The notes beneath the pieces are model-generated. The model made no database searches. It saw only the letters and a program-made list of their open reading frames with translations, and was not told the origin of the DNA. Of a stretch of DNA of 64,000 bases, positions 24,624-36,637 are shown piece by piece (positions within the stretch are counted from its first letter, which is position 1; the number at the start of each line of letters is the position of its first letter). The stretch lies in contig CAJINV010000001.1 of the NCBI GenBank assembly GCA_905178155.1, positions 9,569,865-9,633,864 on the forward strand, read 5' to 3'. Position numbers and translations under genes: made by a program. Origin of the DNA: Amoebophrya sp. A120 (taxonomy: Eukaryota; Protista; Dinoflagellata).

Positions 24624-25796
24624 TTTCAAGTGTTTTCAATTCGAAAAAAACACCGGAGGGAGGAAAAGTAAAACTTTTTTTAAAAAACGGGAGGACGATG
24701 CAATTACCACGATTTGAGAACTTCACGAGGTGAAATATCTATCGGCGAAAATATCGATCTAGGTGTGGGCACTGGGGAAATATGCTGTGAGAAATGTTTC
24801 TAAACTTCCGAACTCCTTCTTCTCCTGGGCGTTTCAGGTTTATGGACTGTAGGATGGCAGTGATCAAGCAATTTTAACCTTGTTGCTAGTTGCGCAAATC
24901 GTCGGGGTAAGCTAAAAAGCGATAGTCACCGCGGCGCGATACCAAGACCGCGCTTGTCTTTGTTCGAACGCGAAAACCAATAGATCAAACAGATTCAAAT
25001 GCGATTTTCTGTATTGGGACCAAGTTGCAGAATATCCGTGCGTGTCGAAGAGCTTCGGGTAAAACATTTCAATCCAGGAACTGGTTGCATAAAGTAGAAC
25101 TTTTGTGTGGGCGCACCATATTTGAAGATCAAGATCCTAAAAAATGCACTTTTTGTAGGCTGCTCCTGCTGAATCTAATTCAGGTAAATTGAGATCTGGC
25201 GCGAAAAACTTTGCATGGACATTTATCCCCATACACGACTAGTGAAAGGAGAGCAACGCATTTTCATGCGACACGAGTTACTTCCATGAAAAATTCAAAT
25301 GGAAATTTGCACCGAGCTACGAAGTACATACTTTTCAATGTGCCCATACGTTGACGTTTTTTCATGTCTGCAACTGCATATTTTCGTAGCAGCCGGAAAT
25401 TACGTTTACGAATCGCAGTTCGGGGTCTTCATATCAAACTCGAATAAATACGATGTTGGTTTGGAACATCAGGACCCTTTGCAGTACGGCCGAGTTAATG
25501 AATCTTTTTGGAAACTCATTGACTTCTGTGTCTTTTGATTTTTGCTTCGCCTTTTTGTATATCGCATTCTATCCCTCAGTTTGCGAACAAGAAACAGAAA
25601 CCGACACGGATTTCTAAAGGACACACTCAGGAGAATGCACTATTTTTCCTGGCGCTAGTGGTAGTTCTGCAAGGCTTCAGCATCTTGGATGTGCTCTGGA
25701 GAAACGCACCCAATAAAATTCTTCTGTATTCTCGTGCTTCTACAGTTCGCAGTAGATTAGATATCTTCAATGAAGCATTTCTAATTTTCACCACTG

Positions 25797-28700
25797 CTAC
25801 TGCGGCTGGCTTTGCGGAACCGCACCAGCACCACCGCCCGCTCCTGGAGGTGCAGGTGCACTCGACGAGGCTGCAACACCACCACCAGCATCGTAGGTAG
25901 CTCCGTAGTTCGGATCGGCCAGCGCTTGCTGCTGCAGTAGTTGCGGCTGACTGTAGTTTACGGCCTGCTGCTGCATCTGCTGTGCGTTCACTACATTTTG
26001 CGACTGCTGGAGCCGAGAAGCCGGGGAATTATTGTTGTCCTGTGCCGCCCTATCGCGGCTGCGTCCATGACCCATCCGACCCCCGGGATCGGAGTCGGAA
26101 TCGTCGCGCCCTCTTCGTCTCCGCCCGCTCCCGCTGCGACCACCCCCACGGTCGGACTCGTCATCGCTGCGGTCTCGTCTTCTGCTGCTGCCGCCGAGGT
26201 GCGGGGCAATGTTCGCGTTGATGGTCTCGGCGTAGTTGGCGCAGAAGCAACACAGGAGAACGACGATGATGACGAAAAGCAAGAACTGCGCGCAACCGCC
26301 GGGTCCCCACGACGCCGAATTTTCCCCGGGACTGCCGAGAAATGGGTCCGTCAACCCGGTAACCGGGTCCGTGTACCCGCCGTAAGCGCCCCCGGTGACC
26401 GACGAGGATTGACCAGTTGACGAGTAGTAGTTTCCGCCCGGTGTACCCACAGGTGCAGCTGCGGGTTGGCCGCTGTAATACGGCTGCTGCTGTTGCATCG
26501 GTTGCTGCATCATGGGCGGCTGCTGTTGCTGCTGTACCGGCAGCCCGGTGTATGGATCGACCATCATTGGCTGTTGCATCATGGGCTGGGGCTGCTGAAC
26601 GGGCTGTCCCGTATATGGATCCACCATCATAGTGCCACCCATCGGCGGCGGTGGGTAGTAGTTCCTGCCACGAGCTGTTCGAGCCGCAGCGTTCTGGTTC
26701 TGGTTGGATGAAGTAGCCTCGCCCGTCGTAGCATAGCTCGTTCCACCACCGTTCGGCGCAGCACCGGTGCCCGACCAGGCGGCTGGCGGCGCAACCCACT
26801 TTTCGTTTTTGCGATTCGTCTTTTGGAGTGATGTAGTTTTCGTCAATGTCTGGTCTTGATTATGCAGTAAGCTCTGCTCCCGGCGTACGAGCTGCAGCGG
26901 TTGCGGTTGCTGCTGAAGCGTCTTCGGTATCCGTTCTAGAGTTGCACCTGTTCCTCGGTGCGAAGACGGGCGATCGGAGTGTGGTTCAGGTTCTTCCTTT
27001 CCTACAGACTTTTGCATTGAGGGGATTATTCTCGATACTGACGAAGCAGCCGTGTCTTTTGCCTTTTTTCTACTCGTAGGGCTACTATTTTTGCCCCCGC
27101 TCTGTAGTCCGTGGCTTACCGCAACAGCGTGCCCGCCACGAAGCAACGATTTTTTGTGATGTTGTGTATCGTTTGCTGTTACCTCCAATTTCGCATGACC
27201 ACCCGCTTCCGCTTCAATTTCCAAGAAGCTCAGCGCGCCATGGACAGAACTTCGAGCATGCTCCGCGGGTCGTGGTGCATCAGTTTCTGACTCGTCCAAT
27301 GGAATTTCATCTGTTTGCGCACCATCTGCGCCATCAATATTTCCATCTGCAGGTATTTGCGACTGGGCCTGCCAGGATGACTGTGTTTCATCACCACCTG
27401 CTCCACCGCCATCCGTACCGGAAGGACCTCCTGGCTCTCCTGTTTGTGGTTGACCTAGATCTACCCCCGGCGGGTAATCATCTTCTGGATAAGGAGCAAC
27501 TTCGTATGGATTCGGATACTGAAAAGCTTCGTAGTACGGATCGTAGGGCGCGTTCGGTAGCCCGCTCGGCATCTGCATCGGGGGCGGAGGAAAAACAGGG
27601 CCATAGTTTTCTACCGCTGCACCTTGACCGACTGGGGGTGATACAGGAGCCACCGCGCTACCCCCAGCAAAGCCAGTATTGTAGTAGTCACCGCCTCCTG
27701 CTCCGCCTCTGACGCTGGGGGCTACGAAGTAAGTCGGTTGCGGCATCTGTGCGAGACCGCCCGGTGGCAGACCAGTCAGAGCCCCCGCAACCCGGTCCAC
27801 GGGACTTTTGTTTTCAGTATCCAAGAAGCTCGTCGATACCTCTTGCTTCACGCCAGGATCGCCTGGTTGAGGCTGTGCTGTTTCTTGTGACGAAATCGAA
27901 TTTGCCCCGCCATCCGCGCCTCCGCCTGGAGCTGCAAGTACACCCCCCTCTCCTCGTGCAGGTTGCGCAGCCAGTTCTGATGGAGCAGACCGTGGCGTGC
28001 CAAACTCGCCCGGTAGTGGGCCCAAACTGATGTCCTCGTCGTCATTCGAAAGTAGACCATTCGCTGCGCCACCCTGGTTGTAAGGATTCGACTTTGGATC
28101 AAGGAAGGACTGCGCTTTGCTGCCTTCAGCTGTTTTTCCACCTCCGTCGCGCTGCTGTACCACACTGGACAACCGATGGAGGCAGTCGTCCGTCATTGCC
28201 ACGAGAGCTTCGGCATCCAGGTTGAGCTTCATCAGATGCGGCGAAACCGCATTCTCATCTTCAGGAGATTGCTGTGCATCTTCTTCATCTGGTGATGATT
28301 TTTCCGACGACGAACCATTTGTGCTGACATAATTGTCGGTTTTCTGATTGTCGTCGCTAGACGAATGACCTTCATCTGGTGCATCCTCAACACGTCGCCC
28401 GTCTCGATCGTAATCATTGCCCTCAAAGTCCTGCGTCGCCGTCGAGTCGTGGCTACTGGCTCCGACCTTCAAACTCCGAACGACTTTTCGTGCCGGCTTG
28501 TGTGATCTTTGGTGCGAATGCAGCTGTGCGGCGGAGTAACGGTCGTCGGCGTCAGGTCCACTACGACTTGCCCGGAATCTCTGGGCAGCACCTCCCACAG
28601 CAGAAACGTGCCCTGGTTCAGCATCACCGTCGCCATCATCATGATCCTCTTCACCTCTCGAATGCATTCCGCCCGCCGCGGTCTCCTCTGTCTCCGGTGT

Positions 28701-31700
28701 TGAGTCGGAGCGCCGCGCTGTAGTCGGGTCCCCGTCGTTGTTCTCAGTCGCAGTCATGAGCGACCACATTGCCGGGTCCGCGTCACGACCCTCGTGCGGT
28801 AAAGGAATGTACTCGTAAGCCTCCTCGTGTCCGTGCGGATTTCTCATCCAGTGCTCATGCCAACCGCCGTTCGGCACATTCCGAAAATGTCGCTGCCGCG
28901 TATTGTCATGGCGGAGCCGTTCAGGTTCTTCACTACCGTCGTTTTCTGGAATTAATGATGGCGAATCAAAGTCTGCCGCTCTGGACTCGTGCATTGATAG
29001 CCCTTGAGAACCGGTCGCGTCATTGGTTTCGAAAAAACCGGCAGTCCCAGCAGCCAGCGTCCTATCGGCTGCCGCTGTACCTTGCACATTTTCTTGACCG
29101 CCGGCGCCGAAATCTGTTTCCTCGGAAAAATCTGATGGAAAAACAGGCCCACGCTCCAATAAAGAAAACTTTGCAACAGCGTGCTCTCGCTGCACCACGT
29201 GAGTTGTACGGTCATCAGGCGGCGGCAGCGGCAGGGGCGCATCGGTGTGGGGCGGTAATTGGTAGTCCGGTTGGGGAAGTGGCGCGTCCGTATGCGGAGG
29301 CAAGTCCCGATACGAAAGATCACCCGGCTCCGGAAGCGGTGCGTCCGTATGGGGTGGCAAATCCAAGTCGTCCAACAGGGAGCTGCTTGTAGAGTTCTCG
29401 TTCTTCGAAGCCACATTGCTGTTATCGTTCTGGCTGGCGATGGTGACAAGGTCATTCGCCGGGCTCGTGGTCGTTGTCCTCGTTGAATTTGCGACCATGT
29501 TGGGAGCGACTTGGCTTCCCGCAACGCTCAACACATCGTTCGGTGGGCCCGTGGTGGTGTCGTGTAAAACCTCGACCGTTCCGGAGTCCTTGTTCTCTTG
29601 GCTCAGCAGATCATCGTCGTCACTGCTCGAGGAGGAGGACGAGGCGTCATCTACTTGACTTTTTCGACTTGCGTCTTCAATCTCCGCCTTCGCACGATCC
29701 AAAGATCGCAACACTTCCGCGAGACTCGCTTCCTCACCGCTGCTCAGCAAGCCCGCGGTAGCGTCTTCCGTTGTGGTGGTTGAAGTTGTTGAGCTTGTTG
29801 TCGAGGTCGTGGTCGACGTGCTGATAGAGGTAGTTGTCGAAGTTGAGGTGCTTGTTGTGGTTTCGGTTCCAGAGGAGGCTGTTATCCCTGCGACCGTGGT
29901 TGTCGCTTGTAAGCTGCTTGTGATGTTCACGTCTTCCGCGGCCTGCAGTGCGTCGTTCACGTCTTTAATCGGGTCAACAAGGAAAGAACTCGCGGAACGC
30001 TGTGAACCACGAAGATCTTTGCCCTTATCATTCTCGTCATCGCGTTTATTCCGGTTGTCGTGCGTCGTCGCCCGAGACGCTTTCTTCTTCAATTTCTGCA
30101 GCGCTTTCGAGACGTATCGCAGCGCGTCCGCACTAGTTTTTGCTGGAACTCGAAAACGCAGCTGGAACTCTTTTTGTTTTTCATCGTCACCGGAAGATTC
30201 GCCACGACCTCATAATTGTTGGGTAAAATAAACAGAATCTTCATCGGAATTCAGATTCAGATAGTGTTCTGGAATGCCGCTGCAATTTAAACCGATCGTC
30301 GACGAAGAGAAAGAGCACACACAGTGAGACCGAGACTGATGATGTGCGACATGATAGGTCATCAGCGGCAAAACGGTGAGGTTACACTGAAAGCCTTTCA
30401 GTCTGAAAGGAAAGTCACTTGCTATTGCTAAAAACCAAAAGTGCGCACGTTTTAAAAAAAACACGAACCTGATGCATCATCTCCCAGATGTCGTGTCCCC
30501 GCGGATGCCTCCAGAAAGCTGCTGACCAGTGCGGCGAAAGCGGCAGAAGAATTTGAGGAATTTCCGCTCGACGAGTTTGAAGATGAATTTGAAGAGTTGC
30601 CTGTCGCGTTTCCTCCACTCGTAGAAGATGCGTTGCTAGAGTTTGTTTCGTTACTCGTTGTATTGGCTGTAGTTGCATTCGCGGTGGAATTCGAGTTCGC
30701 CGTCTTGTTCGCGTCGACCGCCGTGCACACTACGTTATCCAGGATGACGCTCGCGCCCGACCCTAAAGAACCCTTTAGCAGGTCGAGGATGGATTCGCAC
30801 GTGGCGTTGCCGGGCACGCTCACAGTCGTGTTCACGTCTTTCCAGGAACTGTTGTAGCTGTCGTGCCAGACCGAATCGTCGACCCACTCATTCCCATCCT
30901 GGTCAAAAAAGGGATCGCCAGTTAGTCCGTCGGCGTCCGAAGGAGATATGCTGTATCGGTCTAGCACTTGATCCGCACGCTTCGTGACCGCCTCGGCGAT
31001 ACGCTCAATACGCTCCATCGAAGCCAACAAATCCTCGTCGTCCGCCGCACCGGAAGACTGGGCGCGCGACGCGTCCAAGCTTTGAAGATACGCGGCGTCA
31101 TCCTGTTTTTTCCGATTGGATTTGCGTTTGCTTTTCACAAAATAATGAAATTCTTCTGCCTGAAAACAACGTAATGTTAGAAGCAGAAGCCGCACAGCTC
31201 CACAAATCTACAGTACCTTTGCCAGCTCTGTACCCTGCGCACGCAGGGTTTTGATATCTTCGGCTGTGCCAGGGTCTCCGGTTGTACTGTGATCTCGTCC
31301 GACAGTAGATGCTTTCGCTTCATTCCTCGCTTCCGACTCGATCGAAGCGACAGCGGAAAGCGGCGTCGCTTGGCGAGATAGAGATCCTCCTACATTCTGC
31401 ACTCCTTCGTTTTCTCCACCACCCCTGGCAAGACCATCAAGATGTTCACCTCGGCCTCCATGTTTTTGTAGTGGATCCACGTCGCTCGCAGCCGCTGCTA
31501 CCAGTTGTTTCGCGGCTTTTCGGTGATGATGTTTCCTCTTGTGCAAGTACTGGTGTGGGATTTCTTCGAGTTTGGTTGCGATCTCTCTTGCACCACCGCC
31601 AAATAGGTCTGCATCGCTGCCGCCTTGCCAATCGAACTCTTCACTGGTTGCGGCAACGAAGAAGGCCAATCCTGTGCAAAAGTATCGCACTCGTATAAAT

Positions 31701-31908
31701 GCAAGGCTTGCATTACAAATCTTGCTCCGAAGGCAAATCTGCATTACAAATTTTATTTCTCATGCTGAGGAAATTTGTATTGCAATTTATACTATAGTAC
31801 GATAAGTACTTTTGCAGTTCATAAGGCCTGCGCGCAAGCGACAACAGCGGCGAGCGGAAACGCAGTGGCGATGGAGCAGCAAGGTCGGTGGTCGCGGAGG
31901 ATAAACAT
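25797..31908 (-). CDS. Large (~1877 aa) secreted/type-I membrane, mucin-like low-complexity protein
   Basis: Exons 31824-31908, 31217-31662, 30469-31159 and 25797-30208 total 5634 nt, in frame. The N-terminal hydrophobic signal (IATAFPLAAVVACAQAFFVAA) forms only after removing TIR element B2. N/S/T-rich tracts, Pro/Gln-rich repeats, and a TM helix AQFLLFVIIVVLLCCFCA near the C-terminus. The last intron needs a GAG acceptor, so that junction is less certain. Confidence 0.65.
29229..29360 (-). repeat. Three coding repeats of LPPHTDAPLP
   Basis: Peptide repeated three times with synonymous codon differences in ORF 25797..30092. Confidence 0.8.
31668..31823. mobile_element. TIR MITE/introner, family B copy 2 (156 bp), within the signal-peptide coding region
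   Basis: Left end AATCCTGTGCAAAAGTATCGCACTCGTATAAAT; right end (reverse complement) TATGAACTGCAAAAGTACTTATCGTACTATAGTATAAAT; 5-bp TSD AGGCC (31663-31667, 31824-31828). Confidence 0.87.
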
Positions 31909-32416
31909 AGATTTTCAAACGTTTCGTTCGTACTGGTTGTCTGCTGTAAGCGCTATTTATGCTTTTGTGCAGCACGAAATGAGAAAGACAACTCTCGATC
32001 TTCTGGTAAATGGAACTCAACGAATTTTCACTCTGTGGTCACTCAAAATACTCACAACAACGGAATCGAAATCGTCACCTCCACGCATCGACGCATTGGC
32101 ACTCAAGCTCACGCGAACGAAGTTCCAGATGAACATCGTGTTGAGTCCAAACAACTGATGTGACAACAAGGTCTCAATATCGAGCATTGCTTAAGTGGAG
32201 GCAAGTCGCCAGATTAGGAACTCAGAACCGCGACTGTCGCGAAGACTCGGGCCGCCAACGAACAGACCTATTTTGCTTTCTAAGCGTTTTCTGTCCTGCA
32301 AATCTGACTCGCATATTTCAAGAATGACTAGGCTCCTCGTGCTGCAAGACGTGCTGCAAGCATTCCTGCGGAGGCCCCGCGGTCCGAATCGACCTCTCAA
32401 GCGGCGAGGACCACTA

Positions 32417-33449
32417 CTAGTCGTCGTCCGGTGGTTCGGATGCTTTGTATTTCCGTCGAATTTCTGCGATCGAGCTCTCCGCTATTCCTGCTATGTCGAC
32501 CTCGCCGAGCTGCGTGTCGGCCTTGTGTTCGGCATACTCATTCGCCACCTTCGCGGCGCGCGCTTCTATCGCTTCCTGTGTATGTTTTCTTTTGTCTGGC
32601 CATGGTGGCGCACCGGTTGCAGTTGAACTAGGACAGTGTCACATTTGCAAGACCGGGGGCATGATTGTTGCAATGCTGAAACTGACAGAACTACAAATAA
32701 AGCTTCACAGATCTACTTGCCGCAAATACCTTTTTGTCTGTTGCGTGCTTCTGTAGATGCGCAATCTGATCTTGCTTTCTTTTGTCGAGCTCAAGCTCGT
32801 CAGCGCGAAGCTTGGCGTCTACCTGATGAAGAGAAAGAGGACAAAAGAAATAGTTGCACATCATCAACAATTTACCCTAGTAGGATCGATCCCCCAGCTT
32901 GGTATGGTGTATGATCTTCGCACGACAAGTTTCGTGCTTTATTAAAGCCTCATGTCAGGTAAAGGGTGTTGGATGAAGTTATCGTCACCGCTGAGAGGGC
33001 CCTGAAGAGGGCCGCTCTCAATCGGACAGTACGAATACGATAATGAAGTTTCATCATGACGAGGTGTGATCGTTAGTACGTTCGTGTCAGGTAAAGGGTG
33101 TTGGATGAAGTTATCGTCACCGCTGAGAGGGCCCAGAAGAGGGCCGCTCTCAATCGGACAGTACGAATACGATAATGAAGTTCTCATCATTGCGAAGCGT
33201 AGTGACTGATACATTCGTTCTGCATAGCAGAACAACAACGAGACAACAGCACCAAAATACCTGAAGGGCGGCGTGTTTCTTATCCGTCTCATTCTGCCGC
33301 ATCAACCCCTCCTTTTTAGCCTTCGCACGTTCGTCTATCGCACGACACGCTTTTTGTCCCTCCTTGTCGAGCTTGCCGAGTGCTTCGTTCCGCATCGCTG
33401 TCAGGTCGTCGATATTGACGCGAGGCGCCGTAGAAGAACTTGAGGCCAT
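32417..33449 (-). CDS. Small coiled-coil protein, snoRNA host gene (3 exons)
   Basis: MASSSSTAPRVNIDDL...HAALQ | VDAKLRADELELDKRKQDQIAHLQKHATDKK | EAIEARAAKVANEY...PPDDD*. Introns are GT-AG; the first spans 32823-33260. Confidence 0.65.
32947..33065 (-). ncRNA. Intronic box C/D snoRNA, copy 1
   Basis: Box C ATGATGA (33057-33051), D' CCGA, internal hairpin TGAGAGCGGCCCT..AGGGCCCTCTCA, C' GTGACGA, box D CTGA (32958-32955), terminal stem CCTC-GTCA/TGAC-ATGAGG. Confidence 0.85.
33077..33199 (-). ncRNA. Intronic box C/D snoRNA, copy 2 (tandem paralog)
   Basis: Box C ATGATGA (33190-33184) and box D CTGA (33090-33087). The core is nearly identical to copy 1, but the terminal stem differs (TACG-C-TTCG/CGAA-CGTA). 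Confidence 0.85.
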
Positions 33450-33906
33450 TTTTCAGCTTCGAGAATCGATCAACGCGCACGAAAGAACCTCAACCGAAGT
33501 CTCTCTGTGCTCTCTCGTCGGAAATCAAAAAAAATATCCTCCTCAAGTGGTGCCCTTAGGGACGCTTTTGGCGGATGACCGCTATTGGAAACGACTTTGG
33601 ACGGCAGAAACATGTCAATGCAATCTCATTCAAACGACAGCTGTCCAAAGAATGAACCCGCCACAACAGCCTGCTGCAAAGATGGCATTTTAGGAGAACA
33701 CGCTGCTACATCTTGATTTTGGCTTGTTCACTTCTGAGCATTCTCAGGACAAGGCGGCCGCGCTTCTTTTTTTGGAGGAGGACGCAAGGTGTGTGTTCTG
33801 ACAGTCGGAGCATTTTCAAATCTGGCCTCTGTGTGGTCAGCTCATGGCCAATGTACTTGATTTTGTCTCACCCACAGATAAAGCTCCAACGTCTACCCGT
33901 ACGCGC

Positions 33907-34351
33907 TTACTTGGAGCGCTGACGCATCTTCCTTCTCTTCTTTTGCAAACGACGCGTGCGCTTCTTCTTCCACTGTAGTATCGTTTATTCGATCTTTTGA
34001 ATTGCCAAGAGAAAATTTGTCGCTACAGGAAAATCGAATTTCATGTTGCTGGTGGTCGTGCTATGATTAAAATACACTGTTCGAATAGCCTTTGACCGAG
34101 CAAGAGAATGTTCCTCCTCGCCCGATGGTTTCGCTTTCGACCTTTGCTTTCGCGCGTGTGGAATACCAGATCTCCCATTGTGGGGGAGGCTAGCTTGGTT
34201 TTGCGCAAGACAAGCATCAACGAAGTATTCCTCTTCGTCTTTTGCAGGCTCAAAATACATATCCGACAAAAAATCAAAACGGCAAAAAGATTTGTACCTT
34301 CCAGCGGAAGGCGGAACGCGCTTTCTTGTACGGGTTACTTTTGTGCCCCAT
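33907..34351 (-). CDS. RPL41: Ribosomal protein L41 (eL41/eS32), 39 aa, 2 exons; absent from the ORF track
   Basis: Exon 34298-34351 MGHKSNPYKKARSAFRWK plus exon 33907-33972 WKKKRTRRLQKKRRKMRQRSK*; GT-AG intron 33973-34297. Confidence 0.93.
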
Positions 34352-35146
34352 CCTGAGGCCACTCCCACTGCTCCTCCAAAACAGTAGGTCCCTGTGGATC
34401 CGGTCAAGCAAAGCCAATCACGATGCCATGGTGATGTTGAAGTTCAGTCAAGTTCAAGAAAAAAGTGTTTAAATCAAGTACGTGAGTGCAAATAGCGCGA
34501 GACGACCAGAGCCATGTTGTGTTTGGGTGAGAGGCAAGGAGACAATGAAAAAGTAAATCAGCAGAAGTTATGGACATGAGCTCATCTTCAGAACGCCAGA
34601 AACTACCACTCGATCAATTTGAAGATCTTACTGCCGTGTCGATCCACCCGGGCGTGAAGGATTTAAAGATCTTCTCGACTTTCGGAAAGAAAAAGAACCA
34701 TTACTCGAAGCATTACATTGATTTGGATCTGAAGCACGCTGCATTCGCATGGAATTTTTATTGCGGATCTTGATCTTCTCAGGCAGTGCCAGGGGCTGCA
34801 AGAATGCAACTCAATTTCCCATTTCTTCATGAACGATCTGATGGTGATGCAACTAATGTTATCGGTGCGTCTATCCAGCGCCGCGTAAGCCGAGACGTCG
34901 AAACACTTCCATCCCGCGTAAGATGGAGCAAGCTTCGCATTTCGCGCTGTTCCAAATTGAAGCACTTTCGCTTTGATTCATACTCAGACTGTGTGTGATA
35001 CATATACTTTGATCATGACTACGGTGCTGATGCTTTGACGTCGCTGGTGTTACTTTCGGGAGGAGTTGGGGACCATTACTTACGGTTAGCTACGCCACGA
35101 GGTCACCAGCGACATCTGACGATGGCTGGTGCCCCTTTTCTTCCTC

Positions 35147-36637
35147 TTATTTGTCGATCTCGCGAAGAAATTTTGACATTTCTTGTGCGACATCACTCTC
35201 CTCCTTCGTGGTGGTTGCTGCCGCAGAGACCTGGGTTTGCGCCTGGAGATACGCGGTGTCAGTTGTTTTTCCCTTGCGTGCCAACCGCTGCAAAAGCATG
35301 CTCCGTCCTGCGGCGGCGGAGGCTGCGCTGGCTTTGGGCTCCGAAGCGGACGTAGTGCCATCCGCGCCTTCTGCCGGTGGTTTCTCGCCGGGTCGCAAAA
35401 CTCCTTTCTCGAGGTCTCTCTCTGGTGGCTTGTCGTTCCAGACAAAAAGAACGGCCTCGTCTTTGCTTCTGCCCTTGGATTTTCCACCCGACGAACCTTT
35501 GCTACTTTTGCCGCCCTTCTTCCCCTTATCGTCGCCCTTGAAGAAATTCTTGCCCTTGTCGAAGCTACCCTTCGCGCCGTCTTTCCCCCAGTTCATCTTA
35601 CCGCCGTAGCCGGCGTACGTCGATGCTATCACGTTCTGCAGCAACGCCTCGCGCACGTTGCTGATGGCTTGTATGGTGTCACGAATCAGCTGGGAATCAT
35701 TGACGATCGGTTCTTTCTTCATGGTCGGGGCGTTGTAGAACGGGTAGGGGGTCTCCGGCATCGGGGGCGTGTAGCTGATGTGGTGATCCACATCCACCTC
35801 CGCTGGCGTTCCCTGTTCCACTTTCTCCTGCTTGTACTGGTCCTGCGCGTCCTTGCGAATCTTCGCCAGCATTCCGGCGCTAAACCCTGGTAGCTGCAGC
35901 GTCTCCGCCTTGCGTCGCTTCTTCGCGTTGTCCTCGCTATCGCTGTCGTCGTTCGCGAAAGGTGCCACGGCTTGCACGCTGCCGTCCGGGTGCCGGTACT
36001 GCTGCTTTTCCCCGGGCGGTGGTATGCCAAACGGATTGTCGGTTGGGTGGTAGAAGACAGAAAACTTCGCGGTTTTTCTTCTCTTCTCTAGTGCGCGTTC
36101 CCGCTTTTCTTCTTCGGTTTTTTCCTTCTTCTCTTTCTGTCGCTTCAGCAGCTCGGGCGCGTTGTTAGCGAGATACCTGCAATGCGTTTTTGTGCTACTT
36201 CAGAAACAATGAACTTTCGTCTCTCATCAAAAGCATCCAGAATCAATATCGAAAGGATTTGAAACACGACGCTACGACAAACTTTTTTCGTACTTTCTTT
36301 CAACAAAAAATGCAAATGTGCATGACTGCTGCGAAAGGTAGTCTAAACGCGGTCCATACCGTCGTGTTTTGCGATAATTTCTTCGAAAAAAAAAACGAAA
36401 CTCTTCTGATATATACTTTTCATAAGTCGCTAGCCTCCCCTGGTTCTTATGGCTAATCGCGCCTGATTCCTTCATTCCTTGCAGATCTTCCAACTGCTCT
36501 TGCGCGTCGTCGAATGTCATGTTTTTTGTTTTCTTGTCGAAGGCATCCTTGCGCAGGTTTTTGTTGAAGGCACGGACCTTGTCCTTGGCTTTCTTCCGCC
36601 ACGCCTCCATTTGGTTGTTACTGTCTTTCTTTCCCAT
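35147..36637 (-). CDS. WBP11: WW domain-binding protein 11 (Wbp11/SIPP1)-like splicing factor, ~416 aa, 2 exons
   Basis: N-terminal Wbp11 pattern NQMEAWRKKAKDKVRAFNKNLRK; SVFYHPTDNPFGIPPPG motif; C-terminal EMSKFLREI. GT-AG intron 36177-36416. Confidence 0.78.

Noticed and set aside
30210-30212. In-frame TGA between ORF 30210..30464 and ORF 25797..30092, suggesting read-through or stop-codon reassignment
   Set aside because: A GT donor at 30468 and a TGAG| acceptor at 30209 remove it in the correct phase. Multi-kb ORFs elsewhere have no internal stops, so the standard code suffices.
32942-33292. 116-aa ORF with an internal peptide duplication
   Set aside because: It is a chance translation of the duplicated intronic snoRNAs.
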